The notes under the pieces are model-generated. The model worked only from the letters and a program-made list of their open reading frames with translations. It ran no database searches and had not been told where the DNA came from. Of a stretch of DNA of 64,000 nt, positions 25,650 to 38,339 are shown one piece after another. Position 1 is the stretch's first letter. Each line of letters opens with the position of its first letter. The stretch is from an uncultured delta proteobacterium (GTDB taxonomy: Bacteria; Desulfobacterota; Binatia; JACPRU01), in NCBI GenBank assembly GCA_963745025.1, contig CAVUWD010000008.1:1-64000 (forward strand), read 5' to 3'. The position numbers and the translations under genes were made by a program.

Positions 25650-26099
25650 AGCCTGGATAGCAACCGGTGCTCATCGCCCGCTCGAGGCCGTGAAGCGGTC
25701 TGCCGCCGCTACACTCTAGACCTTTCGTGTGGCGGCTCGGTTAGGTCTTTTTCTATCCCACCACCAAACATCTCGCGTTGACCCGTGCGCGAGGCTTGCG
25801 TCCGACCTTGACGCTGGACGAGTTGCCCGAGAGTCCGCCGAAGATGTCAACGAGGGCATTCGCTCCTCGAGGAGCTCGCCGCGCTTATGGCGCCGGATGA
25901 CAAGAAGCGCACGTCGCCACGTAGTAGACGCGCTTGGTGATCCCCGTGATCGACCGGAGCAGATAGCGGAGTACGGGAACGCTTCTTCACTCTGGCGCTC
26001 CGCGCGCGCCCTACCTTTGCGCTCGTAGCAATTGCTCGCGGGGCTCGACGCATACCCGGTTCCGCCGAGACGTTCGATGACGAGAGCATCTTGATGCGG

Positions 26100-26600
26100 T
26101 TTCACGTAATGTCCTTCGAAGGACCCGACGCCTACTCGCGTGCAGGCGGTATTGCGACGCGTGTCTGCGGATTGACCGAGAACCTCGCGAAGCTTGGGTT
26201 TCGCACGCACCTCTGGTTTGTCGGCGACCCCCGACCTGAGCGGGCACGAAGAGCGAAACGACGTTGAGCTCCATCGCTGGTGTCAATGCAATGGATAAGC
26301 CGTTACCATCCCGGCGGCGTATACGACGGCGAGGAGGCGAAGCGTCGGAACTACGCGTCATCGCTACCGCCATACATCTTCGAAAAGGACTTGCTCCCCT
26401 GCCTTCGCGCGGGCGAGCGGGCCGTAGTACTCGCGGAGGAGTGGCATACGGTCGATGCCGTCCTTCATCTCGATTCGCTTTTGCGTACGGCCGCGCTCCG
26501 CGATCGGGTGAATATCTTCTGGAACGCCAACAACACCTTCGGCTTCGACCGAATCGATTGGAAACGACTCGAGCAGGCCGCCGTCATCACCACGGCTTGA
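26100..26600 (+). pseudogene. Glycosyltransferase (GT4-like) N-terminal fragment
   Basis: MSFEGPDAYSRAGGIATRV..HLWFVGDP..LAEEWHT..FWNANNTFGF; stops before the C-terminal Rossmann domain. Confidence 0.65.
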
Positions 26601-28156
26601 TGACCGGAAGGCGCTTCTGGTCAAGCATGGGCGGGAATGGCAACTCCGTGCAGTTTTCCTTTTCGTTCCGGCGAGCCGCCCTCGCGATCCGCCAGCCAAG
26701 GTCACTCCGCATCAAAGCGCGCTTTCTGGCAAGCGCGCTTGCGACGCTCGTCATGGTCGGCTGCGCCGTCGGCCCCAATTACGAGCGTCCCTCGATCGAC
26801 GCGCCCGAGGTGACGCGCGGTCAGATCGGACCCGCCGAAGCGGCGTCGCTCGCCGATCTGCCGTGGTGGCAGGTATTCGAGGATCCGGTCCTGCGGCGAC
26901 TCGTCGAGGAAGCGATCCTCGACAACCACGACCTCAAGACCGCGATTTCCCGTATCGAGCAATACCGCCAGATGATCGGGGTAGCGCGTGCGGACCTCTT
27001 ACCGCAGGTGCAGTACGAGGGTGAGGCGACGCGACAACGCGCGTTCCTGTTCCCGGGCCTGCCGAACGAGACCTTCAACATGTTTCTCGGTGACTTCAAC
27101 CTCGCGTGGGAGATCGACATCTGGGGCCGCATCCGGCGCGCGACCGAGTCGGCTCGAGCCGACTACCTCGGCGCGGAGGCCTACCGGCGCGGCGTGCTGC
27201 TCACGCTCGTGAGTCAGGTGGCGCAGGCCTACTTCGAGCTGCTCGAGCTCGACCGCGAGCTGGAGATCGCCCAGCTCACGACCAAGACGTTCCAGAACAC
27301 CCTCGATCTCTTCACCCGTAAGTATCAGGGCGGCGTAGGATCGCTGCTCGAAGTATCGCGCGGCGAAGCCGCGCTCGGCGACGCGGCGAAGAAGATTCCT
27401 GACGTGGAGCGCGCGATCGTCGCCAAGGAGAACCAGCTGAGCTTTCTACTCGGTCGCAACCCGGGAAGCATCCCGCGCGGGGCGGCGCTCCCGGCGCAGA
27501 CCACTACGCCGGAAGTACCCGCGGGGCTGCCCGCGCAACTCCTCGAGCGCCGCCCAGACATTCTCCAGGCCGAGGAGGCGATTGTCGCCGCCAACGCGAA
27601 CGTCGGCGTCGCGGTCGGCAACTTTTTCCCGCGCGTCGGCCTGAGCACTCTCTACGGCGGGCAGAGCTCCGAGATCGAAAACGTCGTGAAAAGCGCCGGG
27701 AACGTCTGGGCTATCGCCGGGTCGCTCACCGGGCCGATCTTCCAGGGCGGTCGCCTGGTATCGAGTTACCGCGCGACTGAGGCGGCATGGGAACAGACGG
27801 TGCAACAGTACGTGGCGACGTCGATCAGCGCATTCGGCGAGGTGTCCAGCGCACTCGTCTCCTATGACAAGCTGAAGGCCATCCGCGCCGTGAGCGAACG
27901 GACGGTGAAGGCGCTCCAGCAGGCGGTCGACCTGTCGCTCGAGCGATACAACGAGGGCGTATCGACCTACTTCGAGGTGCTGGAAGCGCAGCAGCAGCTC
28001 TTCCCAGCCCAGCTCGATTTCGCGCGAACGACGCGTGACCAACTCACGATCGTGGTGCTCCTTTACCGCGCACTGGGCGGCGGGTGGAACCTCGACGTCG
28101 AGCGTTGGGCGGCGAGCAACGCGCCCGCCACGACCACAGGAGGGTCCGTCCCGTGA
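26600..28156 (+). CDS. Outer-membrane efflux factor lipoprotein (NodT/OprM family); start uncertain
   Basis: Lipobox VGCAVGPNY, WWQVFEDPVL, WEIDIWGR, LLERRPDI, LYRALGGGW. Confidence 0.9.
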   Translation: MTGRRFWSSMGGNGNSVQFSFSFRRAALAIRQPRSLRIKARFLASALATLVMVGCAVGPNYERPSIDAPEVTRGQIGPAEAASLADLPWWQVFEDPVLRRLVEEAILDNHDLKTAISRIEQYRQMIGVARADLLPQVQYEGEATRQRAFLFPGLPNETFNMFLGDFNLAWEIDIWGRIRRATESARADYLGAEAYRRGVLLTLVSQVAQAYFELLELDRELEIAQLTTKTFQNTLDLFTRKYQGGVGSLLEVSRGEAALGDAAKKIPDVERAIVAKENQLSFLLGRNPGSIPRGAALPAQTTTPEVPAGLPAQLLERRPDILQAEEAIVAANANVGVAVGNFFPRVGLSTLYGGQSSEIENVVKSAGNVWAIAGSLTGPIFQGGRLVSSYRATEAAWEQTVQQYVATSISAFGEVSSALVSYDKLKAIRAVSERTVKALQQAVDLSLERYNEGVSTYFEVLEAQQQLFPAQLDFARTTRDQLTIVVLLYRALGGGWNLDVERWAASNAPATTTGGSVP

Positions 28157-28314
28157 CAAGCCCGAAAGAGCCGGTTCCCGATGTCCAGCCTCGGTCCGAT
28201 CGGGTCGCCCCCGATCCGAACCGGATGGTCGCGGCCGCACCGTCGGGTGGACGGGAGCCGACTCGTCCAAAGGAGGTGCTTTCCGCCGGGGTCGCTTTGG
28301 CCACGAAGAAGCCG

Positions 28315-29385
28315 ATGAAACGGTCGTCGGTGGCGATTGCGATCGCCGTGGCCGTCGCAGTTGCCGCGGGCGTCGGATGGTGGCTCCTGAAGCCGAAGGG
28401 GTTGCCGAAGGGTTTCGCCAGCGCCAACGGTCGCATCGAAGCGACGGAGATCGACATCTCTCCGAAGATCGCTGGACGGATACGCGAGATTAACGCGCGG
28501 GAGGGCGACTTCGTCACGGCCGGACAGGTCCTCGTCGTCATGGACACCGACACGCTGCAGGCGCAGCGGCGGGAAGCGGAGGCCAACGCGCAGCGCGCGC
28601 TCAGCAGCATCGACACCGCAAACAGCAAGGTAAGGCAGGCGGAGGCGGACCGCACAGCAGCGATCGCCCTCACGGCGCAGCGGGAAGCGGAGCTCGACGC
28701 CGCCCGCAGCCATCTTGCGCGCTCCGAGCGGCTCGCGCCGCGAGGCGTCGTGCCGGAGCAGACCTTGGACGACGATCGCGCCCGCGTCCGTGGCGGGGAG
28801 GCGGCCGTCCGCGCGGCGCAGGCGCAGGTGGCGGCGGCCGACGCCGCGTTCGCCACGGCGCAGTCCGAGGTGATCGGCGCGAAAGCGGAGCTGGACGCCG
28901 CACGCGCGACCATCCAGCGCATCCAGTCGGACATCGACGATAGCCTGCTGCGCACGCCGCGCGACGGTCGCGTGCAGTACCGGCCGGCGGAGCCGGGCGA
29001 GGTGCTTGGCTCGGGTGGCCGCGTGTTGAACCTCGTCGACCTCGGCGACGTTTACATGACGTTCTTCATGCCGACGGCGTTCGCCGGCCGCGTGACGCTC
29101 GGTGACGAGGTACGGCTCGTGCTCGACGCGGCCCCTCAGTACGTCATTCCGGCGCGCGCCACGTACGTCGCCGATATCGCGCAGTTCACGCCCAAGACCG
29201 TGGAGACGGCCGAGGAGCGGCTGAAACTCGTCTTCCGTATCAAAGCGCACATCGAGCCCGAGCTGCTCCGGAAGTACGTCCGCATGGTGAAGACAGGGCT
29301 TCCGGGCATGGCATACGTGCGGCTCGACCCCCACGCCGAATGGCCGCCGGAGCTGCAGGTGCGGCTGCCCGAGCCTCCCCGATGA
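28315..29385 (+). CDS. yhiI: HlyD-family membrane fusion protein (YhiI-like); alternative start at 28153
   Basis: [12 protein letters not shown], coiled coil, [24 protein letters not shown]. Confidence 0.88.
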   Translation: MKRSSVAIAIAVAVAVAAGVGWWLLKPKGLPKGFASANGRIEATEIDISPKIAGRIREINAREGDFVTAGQVLVVMDTDTLQAQRREAEANAQRALSSIDTANSKVRQAEADRTAAIALTAQREAELDAARSHLARSERLAPRGVVPEQTLDDDRARVRGGEAAVRAAQAQVAAADAAFATAQSEVIGAKAELDAARATIQRIQSDIDDSLLRTPRDGRVQYRPAEPGEVLGSGGRVLNLVDLGDVYMTFFMPTAFAGRVTLGDEVRLVLDAAPQYVIPARATYVADIAQFTPKTVETAEERLKLVFRIKAHIEPELLRKYVRMVKTGLPGMAYVRLDPHAEWPPELQVRLPEPPR

Positions 29386-32158
29386 CCGAGGCCCCGCCTG
29401 CCCCGTCGGTCGCCTCGCTGCGCGACGTCGGCCTCCGCTACGGCGCGACGCACGCGCTCGAAGCTGTCGCGCTCGACGTGCCACCTGCGTGCATGGTCGG
29501 GCTGATCGGCCCGGACGGGGTCGGAAAGTCGAGCATGCTCGCACTGATCTCCGGTGCGCGGCGGATGCAGACCGGGAGCGTCCATGTGCTCGGCGGTGAC
29601 ATGGCCGATGCGGCCCACCGCGGCGCGGTCGGCCCCCGCATCGCCTACATGCCGCAGGGGCTCGGCAAGAATCTCTACCCGACTTTGTCGGTTGCCGAGA
29701 ACATCGACTTCTTCGGCCGGCTCTTCGGGCATGACCGTGCGGAACGCCAGCGTCGAATCGCCGATCTCACGCGGAGCACCGGCCTCGCCCGCTTCGTCGA
29801 ACGTCCGGCGGGCAAGCTGTCGGGCGGGATGAAGCAGAAGCTGAGCCTCTGCTGCGCCCTCGTCCATGACCCGGACCTGCTGATCCTCGACGAGCCGACC
29901 ACTGGTGTCGATCCGCTCTCGCGCCGGCAGTTCTGGGAGCTCGTCGACCGCATCCGGGCCGAGCGGCCCGGCATGAGCGTCATGGTGGCGACGGCGTACA
30001 TGGAGGAGGCGGCGCGCTTCGACTGGCTCGTCGCCATGGACGCGGGGCAGGTGCTCGCTACCGGCACGACCGAGGAACTCCGCGATCGCACCGGGACCGC
30101 GTCCCTCGAGCAAGCCTTCATCGCGCTGCTGCCCGAGGAGAAGCGCCAGGGGTACGAGCCCGTGAAGCATTCCCGCCACGCATGGCGGGCGCCGACGAGA
30201 CGCCTGCGATCGAAGCGGACGGGCTCACGATGCGCTTCGGCGACTTCGTCGCGGTCGACCACGTGACCTTCCGCATCGCACGCGGCGAGATCTTCGGCTT
30301 CCTCGGCTCGAACGGCTGCGGCAAGACGACGACCATGAAGATGCTCACCGGCCTGCTACCGGCGAGCGAGGGACGCGCCTGGCTGTTCGGCCAGCCGGTG
30401 GATGCCACCGACATCGAGACGCGCCGCCGCGTCGGCTACATGACGCAGAGCTTCTCGCTCTACACCGAGCTGACGGTCCGACAGAACCTGTTGCTCCATG
30501 CTCAGCTGTTCTCGGTGCCGGCCGAGAGGATCGACGGCGCGTGTCGAGGAGATGGCGCGACGGTTCGATCTCGTCGACATCATGGACACCCTCCCGGACT
30601 CCCTGCCGCTCGGCCAGCGGCAACGCCTCCAGCTGGCGGTGGCAATGATCCACGGGCCGGAGCTCCTGATCCTCGACGAGCCGACCTCGGGCGTCGACCC
30701 GGTGGCGCGCGACGGCTTCTGGCGCATTCTCGGGGAGCTGTCGCGCCGCGACGGGGTCACGATCTTCGTCTCCACGCACTTCATGAACGAGGCGGAGCGC
30801 TGCGACCGCATCTCGCTCATGCACGCCGGCCGTGTGCTGGTGAGCGACGCGCCGGCGGCGTTGATCGCGAAGCGCGCGCGCGAAGACCCTGGAAGAGGCG
30901 TTCATCGCCTATCTCGAGGACGCCGCGGCGGAGGTGCACGAGCCGGCGTCCGCACTGGAGCCGGTCGCGCCCGGCAGTCCCGCGGTGGTGTCCGATCGCC
31001 GGGACGCCCGGCGAAGGTTCTTCGACGTCCGCCGCATGCTGAGCTACACGCGATCGGGAGCAGCTGGAGCTGCGCCGCGATCCGGTCCGCCTCACGATGG
31101 CAGGGCTCGGCACTGTCATCCTGATGTTCATCATGGGCTACGGGATCACGCTCGACGTCGAGCATCTCACCTTCGCCGTGCTCGACCGCGACGATACGAC
31201 GATCAGCCACGACTACGCGCTCAACATCTTCGGCTCGAACCGCTACTTCACCGAGCTCGCCGCCGATCACCGATTACGACGATCTGGATCGCCGTATGCG
31301 ATCCGGTGAGCTGAGTCTGGCGATCGAGATCCCGCCCGACTTCGGCCGCGACGTCGTCCGGGGGCGCCCGACGGAGGTCGCGCGCATGGATCGACGGCGC
31401 CATGCCGAACGCGTGGCGAGACCATCCGCGGCTACGTGCGGGAGATCCACGCGGCAGTGGCTGACGGGAGAAGGCGCGCGAGCTCGGTGTATCGATACCC
31501 GGCGGACGCGTTCCGGATCGAGCTGCGTTATCGCTACAACCCGGACGTCAAGAGCATCATCGCGATGGTGCCGGCGGTGATCCCGCTGCTGCTGATGTTC
31601 ATTCCCGCGATGCTCGACCGCGCTCAGTGTCGTGCGCGAGAAGGAGCTCGGCTCCATCGTCAACTTCTACGTCACCCCGACGACCCGGCTCGAGTTCCTG
31701 CTCGGCAAGCAGCTGCCCTACGTCGTGCTCGCAATGATCAACTTCGTGCACGCTGGTGCTGCTGGCGATCACCGTCTTCGGCGTGCCGCTCAAGGGCAGC
31801 TTCGTGACGCTGGCGGTCGGCGACGCTCCTCTACGTCGGCGCCGCCACCGCCAATCGGGCTGCTGATCTCGACGTTCGTCCGCAGCCAGATCGCGGCCAT
31901 CTTCGGCACGGCGATCCTGACGTTCCTGCCCGCCTCTCAGTTCTCCGGGATGATCAACCCCGTGTCGTCGCTCGCAGGGATTCGGTGCGCTCATCGGGGC
32001 AGTCTTCCCGACCACCTATTACCTGACCATCGCCCGCGGCACGTTCTCGAAGGCGCTCGGCTTCTATCCGCCTGCGACTGTCGTTCGTCCCGCTGCTGAT
32101 CACCGTGCCCGTGTTGCTCGCGCTCACCGGGGCGCTGCTCCAGAAGCAGGAGAAGTGA
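29382..32158 (+). CDS. rbbA: RbbA-like double ATPase + ABC-2 permease (frameshifted)
   Basis: [19 protein letters not shown], second [12 protein letters not shown], permease segment [16 protein letters not shown]. Confidence 0.88.
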
Positions 32159-32161
32159 ATC

Positions 32162-33290
32162 GTGCGGGCGTCGAACATCCTGCATTTGGGCGTCAAGGAG
32201 CTGCGGAGCCTCGCGCGCGATCCCGTGATGCTGGTGCTGATCGTCTGGGGCTTCACCTTCGCGGTCTACGCCGCCGCGACGGTGAAGCCGGAGACGCTGA
32301 GCAAGGCGCCGATCGGCATCGTGGACGAGGACCGGTCGCCGCTCTCGACGCGCATCTCGAGCGCCTTCTATCTGCCGTACTTCACGCCGCCGATCGTTGG
32401 TCACGCAGCAGGAGATGGACGCGCGGATGGACGTCGGGGCTCGACACCTTCGCGCTGGACATCCCGCCCGATTTCCAGCGCGATCTGCTCGCTGGGCGGC
32501 GGCCGACGATCCAGCTCAACGTCGACGCGACCCGCGTGTGACCAGGCGTACACCGGGCAGCGGCTACGTCCAGGACGATCGTCACGACCGAGGTGCAGGC
32601 GTTCGTCGAGCGCCACCGGGCCAAGATGGCGCTCCCGGTCGACCTGGCCGAGCGGGTGCGCTTCAACCCGCAGCTCACCAAGTCCTGGTTCGGCGGCATC
32701 ATGGAGCTGATCAACCAGGTGACCATGCTGGCGGTCGTGCTCACCGGCGCGGCACTGATCCGCGAGCGCGAGCACGGCACGGTCGAGCATCTGCTCGTCA
32801 TGCCGGTCACGCCCTTCGAGATCATGACGAGCAAGGTCTGGGCGAATGGGCTCGTCGTCCTCGTCGCCTGCGCCGTTGTCGCTCGTCGTTCGTCATCCAG
32901 GGCGTGCTGGCGGTGCCGATCGAGGGTTCGGTCGCGCTGTTCCTCGTCGGCGCCGCGCTGCATCTCTTCGCCACGACGTCGCTCGGCATCTTCCTCGGCA
33001 CGATCGCCCGCTCGATGCCGCAGTTCGGGCTGCTCTTCATGATCACGCTGATGCCGTTGCTGATGCTGTCCGGTGGAATCACGCCTCGCGAGAGCATGCC
33101 GGAAGCCGTGCAGATGGTGATGTTGGCGGCTCCGACGACGCATTTCGTGATGCTGGCGCAAGCGATCCTCTATCGCGGCGCCGGGCTGGACGTCGTCTGG
33201 CGGCAGTTCGTCGTCCTGTTCGCAATCGGCGCGGCGCTGTTCGGCTACGCGCTCGCGCGCTTCCGCGCGACGATCGGCACGATGATGTGA
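32162..33290 (+). CDS. yhhJ: ABC-2 permease YhhJ-like (frameshifted)
   Basis: LGVKELRSL, LTGAALIREREHGTVEHLLVMPV, ARSMPQFG, TPRESMP. Confidence 0.88.
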
Positions 33291-33330
33291 CCGTCCGGAT
33301 GAACCAGGCGCCGATGCGCCGGCTGGCCGG

Positions 33331-33415
33331 ATGCAGGGCACATCCGGCGATGCGCTGGCCCGTGGCATCGCGGCATCGATCGCTGAACTACGTCATCTCA
33401 GTGCAAGCGAAGTAA
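33331..33415 (+). pseudogene. C-terminal remnant of a cytochrome c paralogous to 9122-9612
   Basis: ALARGIAASIA / YVISVQAK* versus ARGIVVLIADYIISVQTK*. Confidence 0.55.
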
Positions 33416-33416
33416 G

Positions 33417-33890
33417 ATGCAGCACTATATAAACCTTCTGGTACCGTTGGACGGATCAAAGACGGCAGAAGCCGCGCTGCCGCACGCCATCGGCTTGGCA
33501 AAGATCGAACACGCAGCAGTGACGCTGCTGTTGGTCGTGCTGCCCATCGAGGACGTCATCGCGACCGGCTCTAGTGAGCCAATTTACGTCGACGAGCAGT
33601 GGGCGGCCAAGAAGCAGCGCGCCTTGTCGTACTTGGATGGCGTCCGTGAGCGACAGGAAGACGGCCTGCTCATCCGTACCGCAGTCGAGACCGGTCCCGT
33701 CGCTGCGACAATCATCGACTACGCGGTACGAAAATCCGTAGACCTCATCGTGCTCGCCACGCACGGACGCTCGGGGGTGCAGCGGTGGCTCCTGGGAAGC
33801 GTCGCCGAAAAGGTGTTGCACGCAGCCCGACAGACCGTCCTTCTCGTGCGGGCGTCTCCTGCTGCTGACAGTCCGCGCCCAAACGCGTGA
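33417..33890 (+). CDS. Universal stress protein
   Basis: LLVPLDGS, DLIVLATHGRSG..LLGSVAEKVL. Confidence 0.92.
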   Translation: MQHYINLLVPLDGSKTAEAALPHAIGLAKIEHAAVTLLLVVLPIEDVIATGSSEPIYVDEQWAAKKQRALSYLDGVRERQEDGLLIRTAVETGPVAATIIDYAVRKSVDLIVLATHGRSGVQRWLLGSVAEKVLHAARQTVLLVRASPAADSPRPNA

Positions 33891-33975
33891 GACAGACATG
33901 ACGAACCCCCTTCACGCTGTGCCGCGCGGAGTCCTCCAAGACGCGGCACATTGAGGATGGCCGAGGGGGAGAAGC

Positions 33976-34457
33976 ATGAGCCGCGAACAGTCCATGTCCA
34001 CCACGAGCGGCGACGAGCCCTTAGTTAGCCACCAATCCCGAGGTGTTTGCGGCGATATTTCAGCAGAACTGGGAAAACGTGCGCCATATCAAGAGCGAAC
34101 GCATGTGGTTCTTGAACACACACGCCATCACGAGCGCCGGCACCCTGTCGTTGCTCCAAACTATTCATGGCGAATTCGTACTTCAATTGTCGTTGCTCCT
34201 GTGCATGTGCGTTCTCTCGGCCATCGGAGTACTCATCAGTTTGCGCTTGAAGGCCGAGTTGGAGGAGTGCCTGGAGAAAATTCAGGCACATGGTCGCGCG
34301 GGCGCAGGTGGACGATTTCATGGCGCTCGGGCGGCTCGAAGGTCGTTGGTCACGTTACCCCGCCTTCCGGTGGGTCTTCCCGGTCCTCTATGCGTTATCG
34401 ATGGTGCTGTTCTTCGCACTCTTCGTGTATCGACTGGCACTCCGGCCTCAGCCGTGA
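33976..34457 (+). CDS. Hypothetical membrane protein (frameshifted)
   Basis: Joined frames give FQQNWENVRHIKSERMWF, two hydrophobic segments and FRWVFPVLYALSMVLFFALFV. Confidence 0.5.
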
Positions 34458-34491
34458 GGTTGCACCGTCGCGCGTCGCCCGGACCGCCGCC

Positions 34492-36610
34492 ATGACCGTT
34501 GCTCCAGGCCGGAGTTTTCCGCTCGGTGCCACCGTCGTCGACGGCGGCGTCAACTTTTGCGTCTATTCCGGGCGCGCGAAGCAGTTGGAGCTCCTGCTGT
34601 TCAATGGCGCAACCGACGCTGACCCAGCCCGCGTCGTTCGACTCGAGGCGTCCGACTCACCGGAGCTACCATTTCTGGCACGCCTTCATTCCCGGCCTTT
34701 GCCCTGGGCAAGTCTACGCATACCGGGCGGCAGGGCCCTTCGACCCCGCGCGTGGACGCCGGTTCGATCCGGCGAAGGTACTGCTCGACCCCTATGCCCG
34801 CGCCGTCGTCGTGCCGGACGCATACGATCGCGCTACAGCAAGCCGCCCCGGCGGGAACACCGCGAGCTCGATGCGAAGCGTGGTCGTAGATCCCGACACT
34901 TACGACTGGGAAGGCGACGCCCCGCTGCGGCGGCCTTTCGCCACCACCGTGATCTATGAGATGCACGTCGCCGGCTTCACGCGGCATCCAAACTCGGGCG
35001 TCGCACCCGCACGGCGAGGCACGTATGCCGGGATGATCGAAAAGATTCCTTACCTGCAGGATCTCGGGATCACCGCGGTCGAGCTCCTCCCGGTGTTCCA
35101 GTTCGACCGGCAAGATTGCCCGCCCGGCCTGGTCAACTACTGGGGGTATTCGCCGGTCTCCTTCTTCGCGCCGCACGCCGGCTATAGCTCACGCCGCGAT
35201 CCGCTTGCCCCCGTCGACGAGTTTCGGGATCTCGTGAAGGCGCTGCATCGCGCGGGCATCGAGGTGATCCTAGATGTCGTGTACAACCACACGGCCGAAG
35301 GCAACCACGAAGGACCGACGCTGTCCTGGCGTGGCCTCGACAACGAAACATACTACATCCTCGAGGCCGACCGCGCCCGGTATGCGAATTACAGCGGCAC
35401 CGGCAACACGTTGAACGCGAATGAGGCCGTCGTGCGGCGCATGATCCTCGACAGCCTGCGCTACTGGGTGGCGCAAATGCACGTGGACGGCTTTCGCTTC
35501 GATCTCGCGTCCGTCCTGTCGCGCGACGAGTCGGGTCGGTCGCTCCCGCGCCCTCCCGTCCTGTGGGACATCCAGTCGGATCCGGTCCTGGCCGGAACCA
35601 AGCTGATCGCGGAGGCGTGGGATGCGGCCGGCCTCTACCAGGTGGGCAGCTTTCCCGGCGACACTTGGCAGGAGTGGAACGGCAAGTTCCGCGACGACGT
35701 CCGGAGGTTCGTGAAGTCGGACAACGATACCGTGACGGCCTTTGCCTACCGCTGTTTCGGCAGTCCCGATCTCTATGCCGAAGAGGAACGCGGACCGGAA
35801 CAGAGCATCAACTTCATCACCTCCCACGACGGGTTCACGCTGAACGACTTGGTGAGCTACGACGACAAGCACAACGAGGCCAACGGGGAGGGCAGCCGCG
35901 ACGGGTCCGACTTCAACCTCAGTTGGAACTGCGGGGCGGAAGGGCCGACGGCCGATCCGGAAATCGAGCGGCTGCGCGAGCGCCAGGTGAAGAACTTCCT
36001 GGCCATCACGCTGCTATCGCTCGGCACACCGATGTTGCTGATGGGCGACGAGGTGCGACGCACCCAGCGTGGCAACAACAACGTCTACTGCCAAGACAAC
36101 GAGATCAGCTGGTTCGACTGGACGCTCCTCAAGACACACCGAGCTCTCCACCGCTTCGTGAAGACCCTTGTCCGCCAGCGGCTGATGCTCGGCGACGAGC
36201 TGGGCGTCCAGGGCGTGAGCCTGAACGAGATCTTGCGTGAGGCGGAGATCCAGCTGCATGGTGTCAAGTTGAACAGTCCCGATCTGAGCCCCGAGTCGCA
36301 CAGTCTCGCGATCACGGTGCGCGGCAGAGGGCGGACGGCGCTGTTTCACGCTATGTTCAACGCATACTGGGAGCCGTTGGTCTTCGAGCTGCCGCCCGTC
36401 GTGTCAGGCGTTCATGGGCCGTGGCGACGCTGGATCGACACGTACCAAGATGCGCCGCACGACATCTACGATTGGCCCGGCGGGCCTGCGGTGGAGGGAA
36501 CGAGCTACACGTTGCAAGCGCGCTCGCTCGTGGTGCTCTTCGCCGTGCGGGACTACGATGCATGTCGGACGGCGAATGCACGATCCGATAATGATCCACC
36601 GCCAAGCTGA
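34492..36610 (+). CDS. glgX: Glycogen debranching enzyme / isoamylase GH13 (one 5' indel)
   Basis: [57 protein letters not shown]. Confidence 0.95.
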
Positions 36611-36797
36611 CCCGGGCGCCCGGCAACAATGTCCCCATTGGAGGCCTAAAAGTGCTGGCGAGAAGCGGCTGGTTCGCGGCTCGCCCCTCGGCCACAGACA
36701 TCTACAGTAGAGCTTCAAGAGCAGACCTGAACTCCATCGTGGCTCAGGCCCAAGAGATACTGAACAACGCGTAGCGTTCAGCAGCAGCGGGTCAGCA

Positions 36798-38339
36798 ATG
36801 AACATCACCGGCAAGGTCGCCATGGTTCCACCGTTTCCGTCGAAATACCGGAGTTCCGGCATACTGCTACACGTTACGTCCCTGCCATCGCCTTATGGGA
36901 TCGGCGATTTGGGACCATCCGCGTTTTCCTGGGTCGACCGACTCCATGACAGTGGGCAAGGATGGTGGCAGGCATTACCGCTTGGGCCGACCGGTTATGG
37001 AAACTCACCATACCAATCTCTGTCTTCCTTTGCGGGCAATGGTCTGCTCATCAGCCCCGAGTCCCTAATTTCGGATGGACTGCTCAACGCGACTGACTGC
37101 GCGTCAGACTTCTCTTCAGATCTTGTCGACTACGATTCCGTTATTCCTTTTAAGGAGAAGCTGCTCGAGAAGGCATGGAGAAGGTTCGATGCTGGCGAGC
37201 GACGCGATCTCCGCTCTGCTTACGGCGAATTCTGTGCCAACCAACGAGGCTGGCTGGAAGATTACGCGCTGTTTCGAGCGCTGAAGAACAAGTTTGGCGG
37301 CTCCCACTATCTCGAGTGGCCAGAGGATTTGATGCAGCGCAAACCCGCTGCTTTAGCGAAAGCCCGGCGCGATCTTGCCAATGAAATTGATCGCTTCCGC
37401 TTCGAACAATTTCTGCTGCTGAGGCAAGCAGAACAGCTCAAGGAATACGCGCACGGCAAGGGTCTGAGCCTGATTGGTGACCTTCCATTCTTTGTTTCAC
37501 CGGATTCCAGCGATCTGTGGGCGAACCCGGAGTTATTCCTGCTGGATGAGCGGCGGCGGCCGCGTTTCGTCGCTGGAGTTCCTCCCGATTACTTCAGCGC
37601 CGAGGGACAGCTATGGGGCAATCCCGTCTACAACTGGGATGCGCGTCGTTCTACCGGCTATCGGTGGTGTCTCGACAGGATTCGCACTCTGCTGGATCAC
37701 GTAGACGTGATCCGCCTGGACCATTTCCGAGGTTTCGCGGCTGCTTGGCATGTCCCAGCCGGGGCCAAGACAGCGCAGTCCGGCCAGTGGCTAGCCGGGC
37801 CAGGAGCCAACTTTTTCGAGGCGATCCAGCGAGACCTCGGGCGCTTGCCATTTATCGCCGAGGACCTTGGCACCATCACTACCGACGTAGGACTTCTGCG
37901 CGACCAATTTCAAGTGCCAGGCACGCGAGTTCTCCAGTTCGCGTTCGACGGCAATGTTGAAAATCCTCATCTTCCCCACAACTTTCTCAGCAACACCGTG
38001 GCGTACACAGGCACGCATGACAACCCGACAACTCGCGAATGGTACGAACAATTGCCCGATTCTCAGAGACAAACGTTATGGAAATATCTCAAGCGCCGGC
38101 TCTTGAATAGTGCAGAAGCTGCACCAGCGCTGATCGAACTGGCATGGTCATCCGTGGCAGCTCTGACGGTCGCGCCATTACAGGACGTTCTTGATCTCGG
38201 CGTTGGAAGTCGAATGAACGTACCTGGTCGTGTGGGCGGAAACTGGCGTTGGCGCTTGGTCGACAAGATGTTGTCGACAGCCGCCTTCCAATGGCTGTGC
38301 GAATTGACGGAGAAGTGTAAGCGTCGCGCGAACCCCTGA
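36798..38339 (+). CDS. malQ: 4-alpha-glucanotransferase GH77
   Basis: RSSGILLHVTSLP, GVPPDYFSAEGQLWGNP, RLDHFRGF, IAEDLG, YTGTHDN, MNVPG..NWRWR. Confidence 0.95.
   Translation: MNITGKVAMVPPFPSKYRSSGILLHVTSLPSPYGIGDLGPSAFSWVDRLHDSGQGWWQALPLGPTGYGNSPYQSLSSFAGNGLLISPESLISDGLLNATDCASDFSSDLVDYDSVIPFKEKLLEKAWRRFDAGERRDLRSAYGEFCANQRGWLEDYALFRALKNKFGGSHYLEWPEDLMQRKPAALAKARRDLANEIDRFRFEQFLLLRQAEQLKEYAHGKGLSLIGDLPFFVSPDSSDLWANPELFLLDERRRPRFVAGVPPDYFSAEGQLWGNPVYNWDARRSTGYRWCLDRIRTLLDHVDVIRLDHFRGFAAAWHVPAGAKTAQSGQWLAGPGANFFEAIQRDLGRLPFIAEDLGTITTDVGLLRDQFQVPGTRVLQFAFDGNVENPHLPHNFLSNTVAYTGTHDNPTTREWYEQLPDSQRQTLWKYLKRRLLNSAEAAPALIELAWSSVAALTVAPLQDVLDLGVGSRMNVPGRVGGNWRWRLVDKMLSTAAFQWLCELTEKCKRRANP

Noticed and set aside
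26264-26600. N-terminal extension on the outer-membrane factor
   Set aside because: This stretch is the alternative frame of the glycosyltransferase remnant; the lipobox lies downstream.
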